From Desulfobacterales bacterium (GTDB taxonomy: Bacteria > Desulfobacterota > Desulfobulbia > Desulfobulbales > JAJRZW01), in the NCBI GenBank assembly GCA_026993265.1, contig JALWTY010000202.1, positions 1 to 48,240 of the forward strand: a stretch of DNA of 48,240 bases, written 5' to 3'. The position numbers and the translations under genes were made by a program. This document shows positions 17,397-24,192 of this stretch, piece after piece (within the stretch, counting starts at the first letter, position 1; each line of letters starts with the position of its first letter). The notes under the pieces were generated by a model that worked only from the letters and a program-made list of their open reading frames with translations, was not told where the DNA came from and did not search any database.

Positions 17397-18575
17397 TTAT
17401 GGCTCTTCATAAACGATCCGCATAATTTCGGATGCATAGAAATACTGTGGGCGGATGATGCTGGGTCCGGCCTTCAATATGTCCAACTTGAGGAGTTGGT
17501 GAACGTCATTCTTGGCGGTTGGGTAACTGACATTCAGGTAATCTGCCAACTGGGGAATAGTAACGACAGGTCTTTCGAATAGTAGATCGATGATCGGATG
17601 AAGCCTGGCGTTTTGACCCTTGACCATATCCTTGTAACGACGACGGGCATCGACGAGGCGGTCAAACCGCCGAATGGCGTCGGTCGCCTGGGTTTCGGCA
17701 CCTCGCAGGCAGAAATCCAGCCATCGTTCCCAATCGGCATGGGTGCTGACCCGGAACAGGAGGTCAATATATTCGTCCTTGTACTGTTCGAAATAGGCGC
17801 TCATGTATAGCCAAGGTGCGGTAAGCCCCATGGTTTTATATATTTGCAGGGATAATAGCAGCCTCCCTACGCGGCCATTGCCGTCGTTGAAGGGATGAAT
17901 TGTCTCGAACTGATAGTGCACCATGAAGGCATGAATCAGCGGGTCAATCTCCGGCGCGTTGCGTAGATGCGATTCCAGGTCTTCCAGGCATCCGGGGAGG
18001 TGATGGGCGGGGGGCGGAACGAAACGCGCGCCCGCACCTACGTGCACCTGGCGTTGCCGGAATTCTCCCGGCTGTTTGTCGCCCCCTCTCACGCCTCCCA
18101 GGAGTTTTGAATGTAGCATCTTGATCAACGTCAGCGAGAGCGGGCGGTCCTCGTCCAAGTATTTCTGGCCGAGGGTCAGCGCCTGACCATAGTTGGACAC
18201 TTCTCGCCGGGCGTTGACGGGGTCGCGTTCGGATTTTGGTTCCTTGGGTTCTGCCTCATAGAGCAGAAGCTCGACTGGCGTTGCGTAGGTGCCCTCCATG
18301 CTCGAGGATCGCAGGGCCTCCCGCTGTTGGAGGGGGCGTAGCAGAAGTTTGTGGTTGGGCATGTGCCGGCCAACGCCATCCAGTCGGGCAATGGCTTCGC
18401 GGGCCTGAGCGAGCTTGGGCCACAACGTGGGGGGGAGCTGCCAATCCCTGGGCAAGGGGGAGGGGACGAAGGCGCAGGCGGCGTGGTCGGCGCCAATTTC
18501 CACTAATTGTCCGGGGGATTGGTCGGTGAATCGTCTGGGATCCATGTAAAAAATCTTGCTTTGGTCGGCAAACAA
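17397..18575 (-). CDS. Fic/DOC-family protein (AMPylase-type), class II with an N-terminal autoinhibitory helix and a C-terminal wHTH
   Basis: 392 aa with the Fic motif HPFNDGNGRVGRLL. The inhibitory (S/T)xxxE(G/N) motif is present as SSSMEG in REALRSSSMEGTYATP (Fic_N-like). The C-terminal segment VVTIPQLADYLNVSYPTAKNDVHQLLKLDIL is wHTH-like. Confidence 0.9.
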   Translation of the reverse strand: MFADQSKIFYMDPRRFTDQSPGQLVEIGADHAACAFVPSPLPRDWQLPPTLWPKLAQAREAIARLDGVGRHMPNHKLLLRPLQQREALRSSSMEGTYATPVELLLYEAEPKEPKSERDPVNARREVSNYGQALTLGQKYLDEDRPLSLTLIKMLHSKLLGGVRGGDKQPGEFRQRQVHVGAGARFVPPPAHHLPGCLEDLESHLRNAPEIDPLIHAFMVHYQFETIHPFNDGNGRVGRLLLSLQIYKTMGLTAPWLYMSAYFEQYKDEYIDLLFRVSTHADWERWLDFCLRGAETQATDAIRRFDRLVDARRRYKDMVKGQNARLHPIIDLLFERPVVTIPQLADYLNVSYPTAKNDVHQLLKLDILKAGPSIIRPQYFYASEIMRIVYEEP

Positions 18576-18766
18576 ATAAAAATATCGGGCAATTATTTTA
18601 ATTCATTCGGCCGTATTAAAACAGTCTGCAGAGTTCCAACACGGATTGGATGCGTGTAACTATTTGATATATCGATGGGCTCGTGCGGAAAAGGCGCGGT
18701 TTGCATGTGGGGAAACCATGTGCATACTGTGGGGCCAAGTGTAAAGCAATTGACAACATGCCCGAT

Positions 18767-18782
18767 ATAACTTAAAAGTTAT
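18767..18782. promoter_or_regulatory. 16-bp palindrome ATAACTT-AA-AAGTTAT overlapping a TATAAT box (18780-18785); candidate HigA operator
   Basis: Perfect 7-bp arms, located ~80 nt upstream of the HigB-like ATG. This is the typical position for type II TA autoregulation. Confidence 0.4.
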
Positions 18783-18861
18783 AATCCCCCTCGTGGAACT
18801 GAGAATCGTCGTCCAAGGCATCTGGTGCGTGTGTTCGCCGGTTACGAAACCCGGTCAATCC

Positions 18862-19218
18862 ATGTTGGAAGGATTCCTGGAAGCACTGGATCAGCAGGGT
18901 GACCCTGCCGCGGACGGTTTCCGGCACATCCTGGAGCTCGTGGCGGATGACCGGAATGGGCCGAGGGCATTGCCCATGAGTCTCAGTCACGAGATTTGTA
19001 AGGAAGAGAGTTTGTGGCAGTTCATCAAGGGGCGTTGGCGTATTCCCTGGTTTTACGGGGGTGATTGCCAGGGCCGGAAGAAAATCATAGTTTGTGCTGA
19101 AGGGTTTTTTAAAAAGGGTCAGAAAACTCCTCCCCCGATTATTGAGAGCACGACAGCTATAAAGAATAAATTCAATAAAGCACGATTGGCGGGGCGACTG
19201 ATCATCCATGATGATTGA
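18862..19218 (+). CDS. higB: HigB/Gp49-like (RelE superfamily) toxin
   Basis: 118 aa from the first ATG (the track start at 18793 is a GTG). ...LWQFIKGRWRIPWFYGGDCQGRKKIIVCAEGFFKKGQKTPPPIIESTTAIKNKF matches the Gp49 signature (l.E.r...g..Ri.y......ivll.gF.KKtqktP..ei..A). Confidence 0.75.
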   Translation: MLEGFLEALDQQGDPAADGFRHILELVADDRNGPRALPMSLSHEICKEESLWQFIKGRWRIPWFYGGDCQGRKKIIVCAEGFFKKGQKTPPPIIESTTAIKNKFNKARLAGRLIIHDD

Positions 19219-19242
19219 GCCCGCGCATAGAAGGAGACGGCA

Positions 19243-19659
19243 ATGGCAAGGTGGAATAGGCGCGCGGCTGAGAGAGTTCGGCGCGCCAAAGAGACAGATC
19301 AGTATTGGAGCGAAAAGATCAAGCTGGATTTCGCGCTGAAGATTCATCGCTTCATGGAACGGGCCGGGCTCACGAAAACCCAGCTGGCCGAAAAAATTGG
19401 CGTATCCCAGCCTTACGTCACCAAGGCGCTCCGTGGGGATGCGAATCTCACCATCGACACCATGGTAAAGCTGGCGCGCGCGGTGGGTGCTGAGTTCTCC
19501 ATTGAACTCAAATGCCCAGGCAAGGTCTCGGATTGGTGCGAGGAACCTGATTACGCCAGACCAAAACATGGCTATTGGCGGGATCATGTGGCGCGCTCCG
19601 CGAACGATTTGAAGGTGCAGGTCAATGCCGAGAACCAAGACGACCTCCTTGCGGCTTGA
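19243..19659 (+). CDS. higA: HigA-like XRE-family HTH antitoxin with a long C-terminal tail
   Basis: 138 aa with a strong RBS (GAAGGAGA). The HTH is LTKTQLAEKIGVSQPYVTKALRGDANLTIDTMVKLARAVG. About 45 aa extend beyond the HTH domain. Confidence 0.8.
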   Translation: MARWNRRAAERVRRAKETDQYWSEKIKLDFALKIHRFMERAGLTKTQLAEKIGVSQPYVTKALRGDANLTIDTMVKLARAVGAEFSIELKCPGKVSDWCEEPDYARPKHGYWRDHVARSANDLKVQVNAENQDDLLAA

Positions 19660-20101
19660 GGAGTATTTTTATCCTGGAGTTCGTTTCGAGGCGAACCGGG
19701 ATTTTGATCCGGACGCCGATGAGGAGGCGTCTGCCCCCAAGATTTTCTCCCGCATTGTCTTCTTCGAAGACAGGAATGTAATGCGTGTGGAGATGACCAT
19801 TGAAAGCGACAGCGAGGCGTGTGATTCGGCATTGCCATATCAATACCACCTGAAAGTGTTCGGTGTTTTTCGTTATGAGGCAGATCTGGACGGTGACGAG
19901 GATGAGGTAGTGGTGGTTATTCGAAATGCTCTGTCGATTCTCTATGGTTCGGCAAGAGAATACCTCCTTGTGCTGACGTCCCGTGCACCTTGGGGCGGGT
20001 ATCCTTTGCCTACGGTAACTCCACGAATGATCGTCGAAAACATCGAGGTTGGTCGCGCAACGGTGGAAAGCAGTAATGCACCGGAAACGCAGGCGGGGTA
20101 A
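19625..20101 (+). CDS. SecB-like chaperone (third component of a TAC-type toxin-antitoxin-chaperone module)
   Basis: 158 aa, overlapping higA by 35 nt. LRLEEYFYPGVRFEANRDF... and ...NALSILYGSAREYLLVLTSRAPWGGYPLPTVTP resemble the SecB N-terminal strand and the ..LfPYaRe.i......gGfpPl.L motif. Confidence 0.6.
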   Translation: MPRTKTTSLRLEEYFYPGVRFEANRDFDPDADEEASAPKIFSRIVFFEDRNVMRVEMTIESDSEACDSALPYQYHLKVFGVFRYEADLDGDEDEVVVVIRNALSILYGSAREYLLVLTSRAPWGGYPLPTVTPRMIVENIEVGRATVESSNAPETQAG

Positions 20102-20259
20102 AGCCGATTTGGATATATTTGGATACGAGGCTCAAGGGCGGCGGTCAACTGTAGCATGGCGCCCGGGCTTGACAAGCGCGCCTCGGAACAGGGATGCGCC
20201 CTGTGATCGGGGCTTAAGAAGTCCATGGAATCAAGTGCGAGACTAGGAGAGCTCTGGTT

Positions 20260-20763
20260 GTGGTGATCACCGGTTGGCATGGCGGATGGGGCAGGTTTAC
20301 AGTCGTCGACCCGCGTCAATTGGGAACGGGAGAGAACGATGCCTTGGGATGGGGCTTCTATTTCGCAGAACATAAGGCTGGTGGAGAAAAATATGCCCGC
20401 TATGCCAAATTTGTGCATGGTACCAGCTACTTGCACAGGGTATGCGTCAAAGTTCCACGGCCATGTATATGGCAGGATCCTGAGAAACAGTCGTGGGTTG
20501 CGCCGGACGGTTCCGAAATCTCCTGGGAACAATACCGCTGGATGAGACTCTCATTAGGTACCGATGTGGCAGCGGCGATACTGCGGCGTCAGGGCGTGAG
20601 GGTGATCGCGATGGCATCGGAAGCAGATACATCTTGCCACGGCTGTACCTACGTGGCGCTCAATGTGAACGCCGTCAGGGTCACGGAGTCTTACGAATGG
20701 CGGGTCGTCGACGGTCGCGGGGATTGGCGGCGGATCGCATGCCGGCCGGTGAGTGGCGGGTAA
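20260..20763 (+). CDS. Hypothetical protein (GTG start); possible H-Y-type ADP-ribosyltransferase-like/DUF3990-like N-terminus
   Basis: 167 aa with AGGAGA 11 nt upstream. WHGG....(19 aa)..LGWGFYFAEHKAGGEKYA resembles the 'HG...GfGFY.t....A..yA' pattern. The assignment is weak. Confidence 0.45.
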   Translation: MVITGWHGGWGRFTVVDPRQLGTGENDALGWGFYFAEHKAGGEKYARYAKFVHGTSYLHRVCVKVPRPCIWQDPEKQSWVAPDGSEISWEQYRWMRLSLGTDVAAAILRRQGVRVIAMASEADTSCHGCTYVALNVNAVRVTESYEWRVVDGRGDWRRIACRPVSGG

Positions 20764-20848
20764 TTTGGCTATAGACGGGTGGAGGAGAAGAGCCTGCGGT
20801 CGCCGGGGTAGGGGTCAAGTGGCCTGCCCCCGGCGGCCGACAAGGGCC
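20751..20848 (+). repeat. 98-bp direct repeat, copy 1 (partner at 23621-23717, ~90% identity)
   Basis: agtGgcgggtAatttggctataGACgggtggaggagaagagccTgcggtcgccggggTAgggggtcaagtggCcTgcccccggcggccgacaagggcc. It contains the hairpin GGTCGCCGGGGTAG / CTGCCCCCGGCGGCC. Confidence 0.85.
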
Positions 20849-20999
20849 TGACAGCGCCCCTCACTTAAGAACTATGCTTGCCCTCCAGCGCCAGCAGCTC
20901 CAGCCGATAGCTATATATAGTTTGCACGACCCCAGATCCTTCAGCGGCACCGTATTCTGTCCTATACTGTCAGACAATGGTTGTTCGGAGACCCGGTAG

Positions 21000-21335
21000 A
21001 TGAGCGATTTCCAACTTGGCCTGATCGTCTTGGCTGTCGCCGCCCCCCTCGCGTTCTGGGTGCTGCGATGGCTTCTGCGCCTGCTCCTCCGACTCACTGG
21101 CCTTAACGCCCTGATGGCCCGCCGCCAGGATTTTCCTGCCGATGGTTCCGCAGCTGAGAGCCTTGATGACGATTGGCTTGACGAGTGGCACGACGTTCCC
21201 AGCTTAAAAGATCCCACTGCGGGTCTAATCAATCCCGCCACGGGTTTAATTATCGGGGACTCCGGTTGCGATGCCGACGGCTGCATCTTCGGGGAGGGCC
21301 CGGACCGAGATGGCACCGTGATATCCGAACCCTGA
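21000..21335 (+). CDS. Small single-pass membrane protein with an acidic tail
   Basis: 111 aa: MSDFQLGLIVLAVAAPLAFWVLRWLL..., then Asp/Glu-rich sequence and ...INPATGLIIGDSGCDADGCIFG. The N-terminus is paralogous to that of the 23717 gene. Confidence 0.5.
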   Translation: MSDFQLGLIVLAVAAPLAFWVLRWLLRLLLRLTGLNALMARRQDFPADGSAAESLDDDWLDEWHDVPSLKDPTAGLINPATGLIIGDSGCDADGCIFGEGPDRDGTVISEP

Positions 21336-21631
21336 GCCCCCCTTTGTCGCCCCCGGCCTGGGTAATAGCCCCCATTCCCAGGCCTCTCTTTGGTCATTTT
21401 CCACTTCCTTGCCCATCCGCCGGGCCTGACTGGTAATCCTTCGCGCCGCGCTTGATCAGGATCTCACCTGGTTTCTGTCCTGGCTCCGATGGCCCGCCCG
21501 TCGGTCGATCCCTGCCCCTTCGCCCGGTACGTTGATGCAGCTAGCAGTCGAGGACAGGATCTGACAGGCGAGCAGGAGGAGAAACCGGAACCCACAAACA
21601 GGCGGGCTGTGCGGCACTGAGGCCGCCCTAT

Positions 21632-21886
21632 TTAGTGGGGAGGATCGAGATCCGTGACACCGTACGCATGGCCATGTATATCGACGTCACCAACCATTGG
21701 TGTCCCATCCACATTGACTGTCGGGCGGTCCTGTTCTTCATCAAAAAGATCAAAGTAACCGTCCTTGTCAGGAAGTTCGATATTCCTGCGGCGCAGATAC
21801 ACGTGCACCAAGGCGACGAAGAGGCCCCAGACCGCCATGCCGACGTAGATCCAAAAATCGTGGATGCCCATGAAATCGTAGTCCAT
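21632..21886 (-). CDS. Small single-pass membrane protein with an acidic tail
   Basis: 84 aa from the ATG at 21886 (the track start is a GTG at 21973): MDYDFMGIHDFWIYVGMAVWGLFVALVHVYL..., then DKDGYFDLFDEEQD...VNVDGTPMVGDVDIHGHAYG. Confidence 0.5.
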   Translation of the reverse strand: MDYDFMGIHDFWIYVGMAVWGLFVALVHVYLRRRNIELPDKDGYFDLFDEEQDRPTVNVDGTPMVGDVDIHGHAYGVTDLDPPH

Positions 21887-22116
21887 GATAGCCGCCCCCA
21901 AGGTGCTCCCGGATTCAATATAGCATATGGGCGTTGCCAGCCAAGAAGCCAGCGCGCTGTCGGAGTGGAGCACTCACACTGGGTGGGGTGTGTCCATGAC
22001 AAAAAGCGCCACTTAGGCGCGCGACCCGGCGGAAACGAATGGCGACTAAGCAAATCGGTGCGGGGCGAAAAAAAACGGCCGGGCTGAATACCCGGCCGCC
22101 AGAAACAACGAACAGC

Positions 22117-22347
22117 CTAGGTCGCCGCGCGCAAATAGGCGCTGACGCCCTCGGCGATGAGCTGGCGCCGTGCTGGGACGGGAAGTTCTCGGTGGCGCCA
22201 ATCGGCGTGCGACCGGCGATAAATGCGGATGGCCTCGCGGATGCCATCGGGTGGCACCGGCTGGCCAATGCGATCCAGGCCGCAGCCGACCACGTCGGCT
22301 AGCGGTAGGTTGTGGGAATCGAGGAACAGATCTCGGTAGTGTGTCAT
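22117..22347 (-). CDS. Hypothetical 76-aa protein
   Basis: The ATG is preceded by GGAGGA at an 8-nt spacing. GC-rich codon third positions fit the strand. I recognise no family. Confidence 0.55.
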   Translation of the reverse strand: MTHYRDLFLDSHNLPLADVVGCGLDRIGQPVPPDGIREAIRIYRRSHADWRHRELPVPARRQLIAEGVSAYLRAAT

Positions 22348-22543
22348 ATTAATATCCTCCGTGTGTAGGTTATGTGGTGCGGTAGCAGAATAGCCTGCGG
22401 GTCAGGTAAAAATAACCCCCTGAGACCCCGATTTTGTGGGTAATGTCCAGAGGGGTTTTTTACATTTTTACCGCTGATCTTGTTGCCCTATCTCCTATCA
22501 ACTATATTTGGAGTACAATCCAACCGCCATTTTTTTTGTCGCC

Positions 22544-22879
22544 ATGACCAAGGCAGATTACGTCAATATCGGTATTGCCGTACTCGTTGTCGGTGGCATC
22601 CTGATCGGGCTGCTGATTCGCCGCCTCGTGCGGGCCTTCCGCCAGCGACGGGGCCTGCCCGTACAGCCCCCCACCCGCCGGTACGAGATGAACACCGACA
22701 TCCTGGAGGAATTTAGGAAGCGAGAGGAACAGATCAACAACGAACTCGCTGGAGCCACTCCTGTGTATACTGGCTACCCCGACTGGATGAGCATTGATGC
22801 GGGGTATGCATTCTTTGAAGACGACCGAATTTATCTGCCCCAGGACGACCGCGGTCCTTTTGACTCTCACCTCTCGTGA
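22544..22879 (+). CDS. Small single-pass membrane protein (start uncertain)
   Basis: 111 aa from the first ATG (the track start at 22508 is a TTG): MTKADYVNIGIAVLVVGGILIGLLIRRL..., then a charged or acidic tail. No clear SD is present. Confidence 0.45.
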   Translation: MTKADYVNIGIAVLVVGGILIGLLIRRLVRAFRQRRGLPVQPPTRRYEMNTDILEEFRKREEQINNELAGATPVYTGYPDWMSIDAGYAFFEDDRIYLPQDDRGPFDSHLS

Positions 22880-23159
22880 TCCGACTCCCCATCCTGGCGC
22901 TCCCGGTCTGCCTTCGCCGCGTCGGTGAGCACCCTTGCTGAGCGACCTGTTTCCCGCGCAGATTCGACCATCGCCCCGCTGAATTCCCCATCCCTGGTCT
23001 GGCCCGCCACGGCCGCACGCAACGATCCGGGTCTGGGTTATCCGGCAATCAAGGGATTGCGGGCATATTGGCAGTTGCCACGCGGATGTTCCATAATCGC
23101 TGGCGGTCGGCGCTCCCCGTCGTCGGCGTTGGAATTTCTTGGCCAAGGAGGAACTGCGT

Positions 23160-23339
23160 ATGGCGCCAATCCTTTTCGCTGCATTGCTTCTTGTGCCGCC
23201 CCTGTGGCGGATTTTCACGCGGGTCGGGCTGAACCCGGCATGGAGCCTGGTGGCGTTGATTCCCTGGGTGGGTTTCCTGATCGCGGGCCTGGTGCTCGGT
23301 GCCCACAAGTGGACCCTCCAGACGGATGGGGGGAGGTGA
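23160..23339 (+). CDS. Small two-TM membrane protein (DUF5684-like pattern), paralogue 1
   Basis: 59 aa from the ATG at 23160, with AAGGAGG 8 nt upstream. ...WRIFTRVGLNPAWSLVALIPWVGFLI fits the pattern '.f.kaG.pgW..liP.vn'. Confidence 0.6.
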   Translation: MAPILFAALLLVPPLWRIFTRVGLNPAWSLVALIPWVGFLIAGLVLGAHKWTLQTDGGR

Positions 23340-23342
23340 ACC

Positions 23343-23582
23343 ATGGGAATTGGTCTCTGGCAGCTCATTATCATGTCAATATTGTTCCTGCTCCCGATCT
23401 TCATCTACCGGCCGGTCGCGGAAAAGGCCGGTTTTCCGGGATGGTGGGCCGTGACGATGGCCATTCCCGTGGTGAACATCGCGGTCGTTTGGGCGTTCGC
23501 GTTCATGGAATGGCCGGTCGAGCGGGAGGCAGGAGCCCTCGAGGCCCCGGGTGGCGGTGCCCGGCCGGAGGACGAGGGATGA
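23343..23582 (+). CDS. Small two-TM membrane protein (DUF5684-like pattern), paralogue 2
   Basis: 79 aa with GGGAGG upstream. ...IYRPVAEKAGFPGWWAVTMAIPVVNIAVVWAFAF shows the same pattern as the upstream gene. Confidence 0.65.
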   Translation: MGIGLWQLIIMSILFLLPIFIYRPVAEKAGFPGWWAVTMAIPVVNIAVVWAFAFMEWPVEREAGALEAPGGGARPEDEG

Positions 23583-23620
23583 CCGCGACCGGGCGGCCAC
23601 GGCCAGCCGTCCAGGCTCCG

Positions 23621-23717
23621 AGTCGCGGGTGATTTGGCTATAATTGGGTGGAGGAGAAGAGCCCGCGGTCGCCGGGGCGGGGGTCAAGTGGTCCGCCCCG
23701 GCGGCCGACAAGGGCCA
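23621..23717 (+). repeat. 98-bp direct repeat, copy 2 (contains TATAAT at 23639-23644 and runs into the ATG of the next gene)
   Basis: agtCgcgggtGatttggctataATTgggtggaggagaagagccCgcggtcgccggggCGgggggtcaagtggTccgccccggcggccgacaagggcc. The hairpin is GGTCGCCGGGGCGG / CCGCCCCGGCGGCC (13 of 14 bp). One stem pair covaries with copy 1 (G-C versus A-T). Confidence 0.85.
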
Positions 23718-24181
23718 TGAACCAGGAGGATACGGACATGGATTTTCTGGATATGGGCCTGATGGTCTGGCTGGTGGTGCTCGCCGCCTGGGGCGTGGCG
23801 CGTCTCTGGCTGACCCCCGCGGAGATCGGCGAGCGGCTCGGGCGCGGCCTGCGCCAGGTCCGTCGCGGCCGGGTGGGGCGTTTCGCCGCCCGGCATCGGA
23901 AGGCCACCACCGTCGTGCTCGGGCTGGCGGTGCTTGCCGTGGCGCCCTTCGCGCTGTCGGCCGCGCTGCTGCTGGCCATCGCCGCCGTGATGGCTTGGGT
24001 ATTCCCCGATGAGCCTTCGGTGAACGAGGACGAGCGGAGCTATGATGATGGGGTCGGCTATTACTATTTTGATCCCGTCACCATGACAGCATCTCCGGAT
24101 GCTCCGCCGGAACTGGACAAAACAGCTAGTATGGTATGCGGTTATGATGCCGCGTGGGATGGCACTCCGATTCGCCACTGA
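23717..24181 (+). CDS. Membrane protein (two or three TM segments) with an acidic tail
   Basis: 154 aa from the ATG at 23717 (the track start at 23648 lies inside the repeat). ...DMDFLDMGLMVWLVVLAAWGVARLWL... is paralogous to the N-terminus of the 21000 gene. It is convergent with traG. Confidence 0.55.
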   Translation: MNQEDTDMDFLDMGLMVWLVVLAAWGVARLWLTPAEIGERLGRGLRQVRRGRVGRFAARHRKATTVVLGLAVLAVAPFALSAALLLAIAAVMAWVFPDEPSVNEDERSYDDGVGYYYFDPVTMTASPDAPPELDKTASMVCGYDAAWDGTPIRH

Positions 24182-24192
24182 AGGAATTGGGA

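Noticed and set aside
18750-18785. TTGACA (18750) plus TATAAT (18780) as a sigma70 promoter for higBA
   Set aside because: The spacer is 24 nt, too long for a canonical promoter. Only the -10 box and the palindrome are reported.
18772-19638. 288-aa minus-strand ORF
   Set aside because: It is antisense to the HigB/HigA pair, which has strong family motifs and a strong RBS.
20861-21397. 178-aa minus-strand ORF
   Set aside because: The product is Ser/Arg/Pro-rich. It is antisense to a more protein-like TM-containing plus-strand ORF (21000..21335). Confidence in either is modest.
22414-22461. Imperfect hairpin AACCCCCTG...CAGAGGGGTT followed by TTTTT, between divergent genes
   Set aside because: The loop is 25 nt, the stem has a bulge, and the location between two divergent starts makes a terminator unlikely. 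It could be a small RNA, but I have no supporting evidence.
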